Assembly: GCA_000165425.1 (NCBI GenBank)
Contig: CT868063.1
Coordinates: forward strand, 558,001 to 622,000
DNA length: 64,000 nucleotides
From: Paramecium tetraurelia
Taxonomy: Eukaryota
Direction: 5' to 3'
Every line of letters begins with the position of its first letter. Within the stretch, counting starts at the first letter, position 1. Below are positions 13,401-25,900 of the stretch, piece by piece. Under the pieces are notes generated by a model, which was not told the DNA's origin, did not search any database, and saw only the letters and a program-made list of their open reading frames with translations. The translations under genes and the position numbers were made by a program.

Positions 13401-14753
13401 TCAATTAATTAAAGATTAGGATAATTTAGTTTTTCTTATTTGCAAATTCTGTTTCTCTGTTGCTTTTATACAAAATTTTGATTATATCTTTGATCTTTCT
13501 GTCAACTCTATTTATTGAGCTGGCTTAAATGCTTTTGCACATTCTTAACTCTGACTTAATTATCTTTCCTTTGTGTACTATTTGATACTAATTAATTTTT
13601 TTGTTCTATTAGTTTATTATGTTGAAGGATTACTATTTATTGATTATTTCTTATTCTCATATATCGAAGGATAAAGAAAATTGACTTTCTCCTTACGATT
13701 TGAAGTGTATTAAATATTTGACTACTTAGCTACTTCTGAGATTTTTAGAACGATTCTATTTTCATTTGTATTTATTGCCACTTAATTTATTTCATCAACT
13801 ATTTTAATTTGATAATTATTATCATTTTTTATTTTTTCAACGGATTGAGTCCTTATTTAATTAACCAGTCTTCCTTGTTCCCAATTGCCTTTAATAACTT
13901 AACCATCAAAGTATATCATTTCACCATATCCATGTTTAAAATCATTCATAAACTATCCCTTATACACATTCCCATTTGCCCATTTATAAACTCCAAATCC
14001 ATTTTTTTTATCTTCTTCATAATGTCCTTAATATGAATCTGTTGGTGATTCCTCGGATCTTCTCCAAATTCCTTTCCCATAACGCAATCCTTCCTTAAAA
14101 TATCCTTGGAATAACGCTCCACTACTCCATATATACTCACCATATCCATGAGGCATGCCATTCAAATAATTTCCTTGATATTTATCTCCATTATTAAAGA
14201 ACTCTTAGCCTTCTCCATTTTTCATCCATTAAAGAAAATTGCCCATATACTTATTGCCATTTTAAATGTATTCCCCAAAACCTGTGGCCTAATTAGTCTT
14301 CCATTGTCCTGAATAATACTCACCATTTAAGCCACACCATATCCCTGCATAGAGAATTCAAATTTACCTTATCCCTCTCTGATTCCCATATTCCATTCTC
14401 CTACATAATATTCTCCATTTGCCCATATAAATTTCCCTTTTCCATGAGGTTTTCCATGAAAATAATAGCCCTCATACTGTGAACCATTTGGCAATAATTC
14501 CCATCCATATCCATTTTTCTCATCTTCATTCCAGTGACCCTCATATCTGCGTCCATTGGATGATAAAAGAATACCTACAATTATTTAATATGCAACCTCT
14601 ACCATGTTTGAGATTGTTGAATAATTATCCATAATAAAGGTAATTGTTTGCAATCCTTAGTTTAGATTTGATACTTAGAAGATCAACATAATTGTAATCC
14701 TCGAAATGAGGTTCATACCCTTTGATCTATTCTAAAGCAGTTTAATAATTCAT
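13401..14753 (-). CDS. MORN repeat protein
   Basis: Tandem YEG.W....K.G.G repeats (YEGHWNEDEKNGYGWE, YEGYYFHGKPHGKGKF, YVGEWNMG); two tiny introns. Confidence 0.9.
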
Positions 14754-15400
14754 GAAAATTATAATTCATCGGAATTATGAATAAAATATATATAGTTATA
14801 GTGAATGAAGACATTCACTTTTATAAATTTCGTAATCCAACCATTATCTAATTTCATAAAGTGTAGTGAAGACTCTCAAACAACTAGTATTTCTCAATCA
14901 AAATTAGATAACCGATAAAGCTTGTGTTTATAATATGATGAAGTCTATCTTTTGGCTTCAATACTTATGATATAAGAAATAAAGGAAATCTAAAAATTAA
15001 TACTTGATCCTCTCTTTCCTTACTTAAAGTCAATCAGTGATTTTAATTAAAATTTGGTCCAAAATTAAGATTTATAGAAATAGTTTTACATTTCCATAAT
15101 AAATAAATTTGAGAAAAGAAGTTATCCAAAATGTTTTGGAATCTTACCTTTCTTTTTAGGTTATTGATCAAAAAAAAGATTGACAACTAAATTAATTATT
15201 ATTAATTTAAAAGAATAAGACTAGTTATTAAAAAATGTAGATATTTTTTTAATCTAAAGTTTAAATAAACCTAATATTGAAACAAAAGTAAAATACCATA
15301 AAATAAATTATTATAAAATTAACCTTTACTATAAATTATTAACCACTTTGATTAAATGTTGAAATTAAAATGGTCATACAAATATTTTAATTATTATTTC

Positions 15401-17636
15401 ATGGATTTCGATTAATAAAAAACAAATGAAATCAAACAATATCTAAAATACAAAAGGCTTATGGAGTGGAGTATTGAAAATGGAGTTCTGATGAAAGGTG
15501 TAGATTTTCCAGCTTCCTTTGGTGATGTCACAGGAGTAGTTGCCTCTGAAGACTTACCATCAAATACTGTAAGCACTTATTAAGAAACTATTAGGCATTT
15601 ATTTGCATACCTTAAGCATTAATAATTTCACCAGATAAATGTAAGAGTACCAATCTTAACACAGTTTACAATAGTCATCCAGAAATGTTCGACAAGGATG
15701 AAACCAATGATGCAGAGTTTAATATGTTAGGTATCAAATTGATATGTATCTAAGTTTTTTATATGTTCAATGAAAAAAAGAAAGGTGAATTGTCATTTTA
15801 TTACCCCTACATCTCAGCTGTCTAAGCAAATAATACATTGTTAACTTGGTCTAATGAAGACTTAAAGAAAATTGAAGATCCTATCATATTGGAGGAGTTT
15901 GCCAACATCAAATAGGATGTCTTAGGATTATGGGGTAAAGCAAAATAAATCTTTGATAATAATGAGGATGTATTTGGAATACCTAGATTAACTGATAAAA
16001 AGGACTTTTACTGGGCAGTTGAATGTGTTATGAGTAGATGTTTTGGATGGAGTCTAAAATCTACTTGTATAATTCCAATAGCTGATTTTCTTAACCATTC
16101 TAATAGGGCTTGCACTCATTATATGGTTCATAAAGGGTTAGAAAAAGGGATTCCTCTTAAATAAAAAGATCAGGCACATTTTCAATAGCAATATATTTTA
16201 AAAAGAAACAAAATCAATTTGAGTATTTTAGGAATTGAGAATGGAAATGAAATGTAGATAGTTGAAGATGAGAAAATTAGATTTGTTTTAGATAATAAAG
16301 AATATTTGAGAGATTTAAAAGTTATTGATGATCTGGAAAGCCTCTCAATAGATGGAAGAAAAGAAATAATTAATTAGATATATTATGAGTAAATGATGTA
16401 AGATCCTAAAATGAATGTTTGGGATTTGGATTCGATGACTTCTTCGGATAGTGAAGATAATGATTCTGATGAGGAAATTAAACTAACAAAACATAAAGAA
16501 TTAGAGATTTTGAAGATTAAGGAAATTGCAGAATGGAAAAGAAGGGAAGAATAAAAGAGAATTGAAAAATAATATCAATCTATTTAATTGAAAAATCAAC
16601 CTATTGTCACTGTCACCTTGAATCCAAGTAAAATTCATTGAATAAACAATAGAAAAGAAAAACAAAGTAATCATACGAGGCTTACCTTAATATCAAATCG
16701 AAGCCATTAAAGCAAAATAGTAGATTATGAATGGGAGATTTAGCAAACTACAAAGCGAACCAACATCATCCAGTGATAATGAAAGTGAGACAAGTGAAGA
16801 GTCAAAATGGGATTGGTTGAATGAATATGATTAAGATGCATATTTTTGTATTGCAACTACTGAGCCAATTAAGAAATTTGAATAGGTTACAGTCTCATAT
16901 GGGCGAAGGACAAATAGATTTTTGATCAGTTGGTATGGATTTGCATTGTCAGAAAACATCTACAGTTCATTTAATTTTAGAGTAATTAACTAACTATATA
17001 AAGCTATGGCTAAATACAGACATTTTCAAAGATTAAGAAAAAAGTAGAGATGAAATCTTGAATACAATAATTATTCAAAAATTAATACCTGAGGGTGAAT
17101 CAATTTTAAATACGATTTTATATAATGGTCATGAAATTCCGGTTGCATCATTATCAAAGGAGTTCAGGATTAAAAGGAACAAGCTGAACATAGACACAAT
17201 CATATTTTTGCGATTGCTCCTAAGGGTTCATTATGGAAATGAAAAAGATTTATTGAGTACTATCCCTGTGTCGATCGATTATGAAATTTTCGTCATGGAA
17301 TTTTACTATTCATTATTACAAAACTTAATGAAATCTTACTCTTAAGACTTGGCTTAAGATCTTAAGGAGTTAGAATAGAAAATGGAATATCAAAAAAGAT
17401 TTGCAGTATACATATAATCTTTGATTACTTAGATTTACATCAACAAAGAAAAAAAGGAAATTCTGATAGGCTAAATGCAAATAGTAGAAGAAGCAATTAG
17501 AATATTACAGAAGTTTAAGGAAACTAAATAGTTGAGAGAAAGTTATCTGTCAGATATTAGACTGGATGTATCCTCAAAAATCTCATTAATTAAAGGACTA
17601 AAGCAATACCTTAAATTTGTGTGGGAGTTTTTATGA
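15401..17636 (+). CDS. SET-domain protein lysine methyltransferase, Rubisco LSMT/SETD3-like class
   Basis: GVVASEDL, AVECVMSRCFG, IIPIADFLNHS, EQVTVSYGRRTNRFLISWYGFAL; several tiny introns. Confidence 0.88.
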
Positions 17637-17757
17637 TTATATGTTAATTGTATTGTATAGTATTAGATTATTGGATGAAGTTGAGTATTCGAAATGAAGA
17701 TCTTTATGGGCATATAATTAATTAAAGAAGTCTTAAGAATATAATATATAATATTTA

Positions 17758-19311
17758 ATGTTTCTCTTATTATTAGTAATACAATGTATTGCAAAAACAT
17801 CGCTGTTGGAAGAGACCAATGCCTTATATGAGGAGTGGAGACATAAGGCATAAATGTTGGTTACTAGAATGCCGATGGAAATGATGAGATAAACATTAGG
17901 ATTAAGAAGTCTAGATTAGGATTAGGGGGATGAGATTCCTATGCCTGAGATTGACAAGAATTTAAAACATGTCAGAATAAATAGAGTCATGGAGGAAGCA
18001 GGGACTTAACAACCTCCAGCTACTTTGAACACTACAATCAATGAATATTTAAGATAAGGGCCACTTTATCCACTTAAGTGTTATCTTGGTTAACCTATTC
18101 TAATCAATGTGACTTAACATTATTGCTTTAAAACAAGAGTCACTCAACAATAATATGAGGATATTTCAGCCAACAATACAGCCAACTGTACCATTCGATA
18201 CCGATTGCATTATGGATGTTTATGTCCTCCTGATTTTTATGGAGATTATTGCAGATATTGGAATCCAATAGTTTGTGAAATGGAGCAACCATCTAAGGAT
18301 TGCAAATTAGTTGTAGACGAAGATTATTACAACAAAAAGATAGATGGTAATCCCCCATGTTATTAGTTTAAAAGTCGTGAATTTACAGAGGTATTAATAT
18401 TTAATTTATATAGAATGTCAGAACTGTCTGTTATAACTATATTTAAAGTCAATTGAATAGTAGTGTCTTTCATCCAGAGAAGAATTACACTGTGATTTGG
18501 AGTAATTACACCAGAGGGATCAGTGCATTGTTACCTCAATAATACAAATACTCAGCTCCTATTCCTGATGATCCCAACGATCCATAATAATACATTCAAT
18601 TTGCTACAGCAACAGAGGAAGCAGAGAGGGAGTACTTTAAATATTAACAGATTTCATGCATTGGAGTAGAATCAAACACCTTATGCAGTTCCTTACTCTT
18701 CAACATAACACCGTATGTAAGATTCATCAATTGGACATTCTTATCAGAGTCAGAGACAACTTACATCGATTTGAATTTGACACTCGTCGAGATGTTAGGA
18801 TAAAAATACTTTTAGGTTCCCATTAAAATAAACAAAGGAGAACCATTGTATGGCAGATATTCATTAGAAATTGGATTAATCATACATCTCTATGGATTCA
18901 ATGAATTATACGCAACGAATGCATCCAATGAGACAGTAGATAAAGGTCCAAGAGAGTATTAAACACAATTGCAACCCAAAATCTTGTTTTATGAAGATGC
19001 TTTGTATGAAGGTAAGAATATGAAATATTAATCAAGAACCTATGAGTCCTACAAGAGCATTAGATAAAAATGCAAGAGTTGGATTGATCATTACAATTAT
19101 CATATTACTTATTTCAATCCTGTTGGTATACAAGTATAGGAACACAATAACTGAATGCTGCTTTCCTCGTATAGATAAAGTAGTACCAGAATAATACGGC
19201 AATTAAAAAAGTTGTGTGGAAAAGTGTTGTGATTGTTTCAAAGGTAATTAAGCTCGTGAACAAGCCTCTGAGCCTACTCCCTAACATTAAAACTAAAGCT
19301 TAGAATAATGA
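17758..19311 (+). CDS. Single-pass type I membrane protein with an EGF-like module
   Basis: Signal peptide MFLLLLVIQCIA, 'GCLCPPDFYGDYC', TM 'VGLIITIIILLISILLVY', Cys-rich cytosolic tail; two tiny introns. Confidence 0.8.
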
Positions 19312-19486
19312 AATATCGTGCACTTATATATTAACAATCTTATACAATTATTATTTATCAACATTTACTAATAACACACTAGTCATTCTAGGCATTCTTA
19401 GTAATATAATATTACTGATATTTAAAAAGAGTATGTATAATTTACTAGAACATTATAGTAATTCATATATAAGATACCAAATTAAT

Positions 19487-20701
19487 TCATTCGAATTTTC
19501 CGTCAAGATTTATTCGTTTGCCTTTCTCCCACCATCCAAATTTAACTCTTCCATCTGGCATTAAGTACTTCCCTCTTCCATTCTATTTCCCGTCAACCCA
19601 TTCTCCTTCAAATACTTTCCCATCTGGCCAAAAGTACTTTCCTTTACCATGTTTTTTGTCATTAAGATATTCACCATGATATGATCGTCCGTCTGTCCAT
19701 TAATATACTCCATATCCATGCATCTTATTATCCTTCCATATTCCCTTGTACTATCGTTCCATCAGCCCAAACATAAACTCCCTATTTTCAATTGTACTTA
19801 TACATAACCATTTATCTTATTATCAAACCACTCTCCTTCGAAGTAACTTCCATCTGGCCACTTATACGTTCCTTATCCTTATTTCTTGCCTTAGAAATAT
19901 TCTCCCTAATACATTGAATTATCAATCCCTAAATATATTATTAATATACATTTCTCCTGACCTTATCCATGTTGATAATCATTTTTCCATTATCCTGAGT
20001 AAACAACTCCATTTGACTGTTTGTAAATTCCGAATCCGTTTGCTCTATCACTCTCCCATTGTCCTTCATAAGTAGCACCGTCGATATGGTAAAAGGTTCC
20101 TTATCCACAGGCTTGATTATTCTTCCATTAACCTATGAACTTGGCTCCATCCACCCAAATTTAAATTCCTTAACCGTCTCTTTAATCACCCAACCACTCT
20201 CCTTCATAAGTCGACCCACTCTTAAATTCGTATTTTGGTCGAAATTCTCTTTTTTGAGATTCAAACTTAATTTTTTCTTGCTAATTATATTTGATATTAC
20301 ATCCATACTCCTCTTATATAAAATATTTCTACGTATTTCTTTTGCTTTTACTTTCTATAGTTGCTTACTCAATTTAAGACTTTTTTAAATACATCCTTGC
20401 CTGTTCATAGGCTTTCCTGGATTTATATCCCTTCCAATACTTTTATATGACAATAGCCTTTTTAGAAAGTAATAATGCCCGAACTTTCTTATCAGTATCA
20501 TCATGACTTTAATTTGATTTTTACTATTATGATTAAGATCGTATAAACTTTACGGAGATGGGCATTATTTTATTAAGATAATTAAGAATTTGAAGAAATA
20601 ACATTTTTATGGCTTTCAGATTTCTTAGTTATGGTGACTTCATTGAGTTATTCCAATTTATCTTTCTAACATTAAGCACAATTTGAACATTTTGATCCCA
20701 T
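19487..20701 (-). CDS. Predicted N-acylated IQ-motif plus MORN repeat protein
   Basis: MGSKCSNCAQC start, IQ motif 'AIVIQKYWKGYKSRK', tandem MORN repeats to the C-terminus; 404 aa intronless. Confidence 0.9.
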
Positions 20702-20738
20702 GAAAATTTAATTTAAATAACAAATATTATAATATTAT

Positions 20739-22790
20739 TCATTTTTTAGATGGTATTTTGGGTGGAATTTACGCAACTTAATCTTCATTATCCTCATTAC
20801 CTATGCATTCAAAATTATTAACACTTCTATTGAATTAATCATTATCACTCTTGCTACTAATCGGTGATATGATTTCTATCTAGTTCTACTCGAGCAAATT
20901 CAAATTCGAATGTATGTATCTATTACTCTGCAACAAAAACTCATCTTGATTCTTGTTAATCTTATCGAATATTGCTATCATATCATCACCAACCAACTCA
21001 AGAATGCTCTTGTCAGTATCAGTTAATCGTTTTTTCTCTTACAATTTCATGTAAGCATTGAATGCCTACTCCACCTTAATCAAATCTGATTTCTCTTCCT
21101 ACAAAATAAATTGGAATTCCGCCTTCTCCTCTAGAACATTCAACTTTTTCTCAAAATCTTACGAGAACATATCCATAGGTATTAAAGGTTTCGGAATATA
21201 ATTAAACAATTCTAACTGATCCTTATTCAATATCACATACTTTAATTTGTCTATCTCCTGGATCTTAGTCAATATATTGACAACATCCAACTTACACAAG
21301 ATCTTCTCAATTGCATAATCAATCTGCTGCTTTTGTCTCCTCTTCAATCCTATATTCATACACATCAGATCCCATAAACCTACTTTTAACTGTCTCTTCC
21401 TCTATTTCAAATACTACTTCAATTGACCCCTATTTTAGACTTTCTCCAAATCCCTTTTCGATGATTACGGGATTCTCCCCTGCTTGTTTAATTCCACAAT
21501 AAGATCCTTCTGCTCAGGTTTCCCATTGATATTAATATTTATATTTTGATTAGAATTTGAAACTGAATGTACCTCACGAACTTTGTCACCTCCATTTTCA
21601 AAATTGAAAATCCTATTAGCCATCTACATATTCATCAATGTAGCTATTATAGGACTCACTAGAGTGGTAATAGTCAATGCCACCAATTGCCAAAGACCTC
21701 CGACATTACCAAGAATGTTTTAAACCTTGATGTAGGATCTCTTATAATTATTGGCTCTTTAGTCCATGAATAGAATATTTTCCACATAGGAATTCTGATT
21801 GAATGGTCCTGAGGAGTCCTTGATTGAAGACTGCATCAATCCTAATTCTGTGACTAAGTCCTATTGGATTAATCCGACATCAGTTTTGGTTTCAATCATT
21901 TTGAAGGTCGAGTAAATTTATTTTGATAGACTCGATGAAAATGCCGCAAATTAAACAGTGATAATTTCCTCATAAGGTCTACCTGGATTATCCAATTTTA
22001 GTAGAGTATCTCCTAGATATAATGCAAAAAATCCTGTCTTTAATCCTGCCTAAATTTCTTCAACGGGACTGCACCCATCGTATGTAGATGTGTTTTTGCA
22101 TGGAGACATCGAGATGTTGACATACTAATAAGTATCAGCACTGGTATATCCTTGAAGTTACTATTATATTTTGGGTAAATACAGGTGGATTTTCTTCTCC
22201 TAGTTTCTTGTTAATACAAAACATGTTCGTTAAGCGGAATTTTCCAAAAAATTGCTTCTAATACTCTTTTGGAAAATGATCTTCAAGATTACAACCTTCT
22301 AAGGGGATATTTCTGCATCTAAAATTATATGAATTTTATACATTAAAGAAATATCTGTCGCTTAGGTTGTTTCATTATAAAAACGAGTTCTATTGCAAGC
22401 AGTCATAGCAATATCAAAGTGTTTCTTGTATGTAGTTAGCGATGATAAAGTTGGTCCTGTGATGCTAATTGCAAAGGTAAAGTTCTCAGAATACAAAGGA
22501 AAAGCCTTATTCAATAAGTCGTTAAAAAATACCGGCGTATTAAAGGGTTGAGTTTCGGATATAATTATGTTGGGTGTTCTTTAATCGAGGAGGTCTTAAA
22601 ATTAGAAATACAGATAGAGGGCGCACATAATCAAGAGAATGATAGTCAGAAAATGACCCAAAAGAGTATTAAACTTTTGTCTTTTCAAGATTCTAAAAAA
22701 AGGAGGTTAGCCAAAGAAGTCCAATGAATTAACAATGTCAAGAACACAAGTCTTGGCTTCGTGTTTAGATTTCTTTTAAAATTTAAGCAT
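20739..22790 (-). CDS. Ciliate-type two-TM membrane protein with large Cys-containing extracellular loop
   Basis: LDFFGQ..FNTLLGHFLTIILLIMCALYLYF (TM1), 'RSYIKVQNILGNVGGLWQLVALTITTLV' (TM2), C-terminal 'KLDVVNILTKIQEIDKLK'; three tiny introns. Confidence 0.8.
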
Positions 22791-22963
22791 TTATATTTAA
22801 TGAAAAATTTTGATCACAACACCAATATATATATCTTCGAATTAATTTAACTAAAATAGCTCACTTACATCAAATATATATCAAAAATGAATAATTCAAA
22901 TTACAAGTAATTTTTATAATTAATTGATTTAATGAAAACTTTCTTCTAATAAATATAAAAATA

Positions 22964-25900
22964 ATGAATTCTAAAGTGATTATTAATCAAAACACATTAA
23001 GAGATGTTGAAATGGTATATGAGAAGGCTATCAGAATGATTTCCTGTTTGAAAGAAAAACACAAATTAATAACAAGGATTAGACTTGTTGATAGTGATAA
23101 AGCTATATTTCAGGAATTAGCCAAAGGAATGGCATAATTGATCGATAATTTAAGGAAAGGTGGTGATGTACATTTGATATTTCAATCAAATCTACCTTAC
23201 TTTGAAGTTCAATTAGATTTAGAACTATTCATTGTAGAACCGAAGAAGATGAAAGAATGTTTGTTGAGGAAATAGTTACGTGAGTTGGGATTAAAAAATA
23301 TTTAATTTAAATCTAAAGAGTGTAGAGAACATATAATTGCCGATGATTTTATAAATCTGGAGGATGAGTTCAAAAAAGATGAATGCGCTGAGTTGTTGAA
23401 AGAGAGGTTCGATACTTTCAAGGTTTAAGATGAATAAGCCATCATAGAAATATTAAAGAAATATTTAAAAAAGAATCTCATAGAGACATATAATAGGGAA
23501 TTAATCGATATCAGATTCTACATCAATCAGGATTTCGACATAGTTATTGAATATAAGATTAATGATAACTAATTGAATCTCTAGAAAAAAATAAAGAGAA
23601 GAAGGTGGAGTGAAATTAAAGATGCCATCTCTCATTTTTACACTTACTAATACTTGCAAGAGATAACATTATCCATGATGGAATAGATGTTTTACGTAGA
23701 TGAAATAGAATTAATGGAATTAAGGTAGTGTGTCTAATAGATTGTCTAAAATTGCTAATCCAGTTACAACGAGAACTTGAAATACCCCCTTTCCATCTAT
23801 AAATCAAGGTTTTGGGATATACTGGGTATATTACCTAGGAGTTTAAATACACATAATAGATTTGGTCAATGCAAAATTATCATTATATAGAATTAGAGTA
23901 GACTCTTCTTTTTGAATCATCAGAAGATTATTGAAAACAAATTAATTAAAAATGATATCACCTTATTTTAAACATACACTTAATTAATAGCTGACAGTAA
24001 GCAAAGACTTGATTTGATTAAAAAGAATGTGTCTTCAAGTAATACTCAAAGTTTGATTAAGCAGAAAAGAGAGTTAATAGAAAAATTATTAATTCTTCCT
24101 GAATTAGAACAAGAAATATAAGGTCTATAAATTCTTGAGTAATGGAAGTTGAATTAATCAAACTAGGACAATGAAGAAGATTTTATTCTATAGATGCCTG
24201 AAGAAACCTATGATTAAATAAAGGCAATCACAGATAAGATTGCATAAACAAAACAAATATATGAAGAATATCACAGAGTGTTGAATAAAGTCAAAAATGA
24301 TGTCATAAACTTTTAAGGTTTTAAGACCATTTAACAAAATAAAATATATTTAACAAATTTGTATAAAAGAGTGCTCTAAGAAAAGCAGAGAGTGACTTAG
24401 AAATTGCCTATTTATTTTAAAAAAAGGGAGTTGATTGATAGCATACAATAAAGTCAGGTAATTCTTTTGATAGGAGCTACAGGATCAGGTAAATCTACAT
24501 AATTGGTATAATATGTATACGAAGAAATTGAGTTGAGAGGGAAAATCATATGTGTAGAGCCAAGAATGATAGCTGCAAGAAGTTTGGCAAAGAGAGTAGC
24601 TGAGGAGATGCATACCAAGCTTGGAGGGAGTGTTGCTTATTTGAATGAATATGATTAATTAGATGATGACAACAAGATTATATTTACTTAGGATAGAATA
24701 ATACTAAACATCTTGCAAAAAGATCCTCTTTTAAATGATTATGAAGTTGTGATCATAGATGAAGCACATGAAAGAAATATGAATACTGATATTTTACTTG
24801 GATTACTAAAGGATATAATAAATAAAAGGAAGGATCTTAAAATAATAATAATGAGTGCTACGATGGATGAAGAATTATTTAGTAATTATTTTTAGTGTAA
24901 AGCATTTAAAGTTGAAGGTAAGTTATTCGATGTAAAGATTAAGTATTAAAATTCATATTCAGACAATTACATAGATTAAATCTAATCATTAATTTAAAAC
25001 AAGATAATTTATAAGGTTATGAATCAGTCATATTAATAAAGACATGTCCTTATATTTTTGGCAGGAATAGATGAAATTCAAAGGCTACTTTATTTATTTT
25101 AGGATTATTAAGATATGGATGAATTTCTATTTTTAGGATTGCATGGTCAGATGACATAGGATGAACAATTCGATGTTTTCTAAGAAACTAAGAAGATCAA
25201 AATCATTTTTTCTACTAGAGTAGCTGAAACAGCTCTTACAATTAATGATGTAAGTGTTGTTATTGACATCGGAGTTGATAGATTCAGTGAATACGATTAA
25301 AAAAGAGGAATGCAAATTACAAAAATTAGTTGGATATCTTAAGCTTAGGCTAATCAAAGAGCAGGTAGAGCAGGAAGAACGAGACAAGGAAAATGTTATA
25401 GATTATACTCGGAATAGGAATATTAGACATAGATGTAAGAACATAAGACACCTGAAATTTAGAGATGTTGTCTAGATTTAGTTGTGTTGAGAATCAAATC
25501 ATTTAATAAAGATCCATTTGAATTTGAATTTATACAATCTCCTAATCGTTAAGCTATGAAAAGTAGCTAAGAATACTTAATAGATATCAAAGCACTAGAT
25601 GAGCAAGGGAACATTACAGTCTTAGGAAAGTTTATGTCATAAATCTAAACAGAGCCAAGAATGAGTAGAATCTTAATTGAAGCCTATTACAAAAATGTAT
25701 TTAGAGAAACTCTCTCCATTATTTGTGTAATGCTTAATAATCAATCATTGTACTTGAAAAACACAGATGTTTCTAATAAAATAGAATGTTTAAATGAAAT
25801 GGGTGATTTCTTTACTTATTCTAGAGTTTATTGGGATTTTAAATCACTCACTAATTCCAATTTAAGCAATTTCCAAATAAAATAGAAATGTTTCTAAAAA

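Noticed and set aside
14805..15167. About 120-codon plus-strand frame between the MORN and SET genes
   Set aside because: No recognisable motif, and long frames arise easily when TGA is the only stop
13860..20100. Periodic repeats within the MORN genes as a CRISPR-like or tandem DNA array
   Set aside because: Periodicity is protein-level (23-aa MORN units) with no identical nucleotide repeats or spacers
22887..22967. Upstream ATGs (22887, 22932) as start of the helicase-RBR gene
   Set aside because: That frame closes at a TGA overlapping the ATG at 22964; could be a uORF but is likely chance in AT-rich DNA
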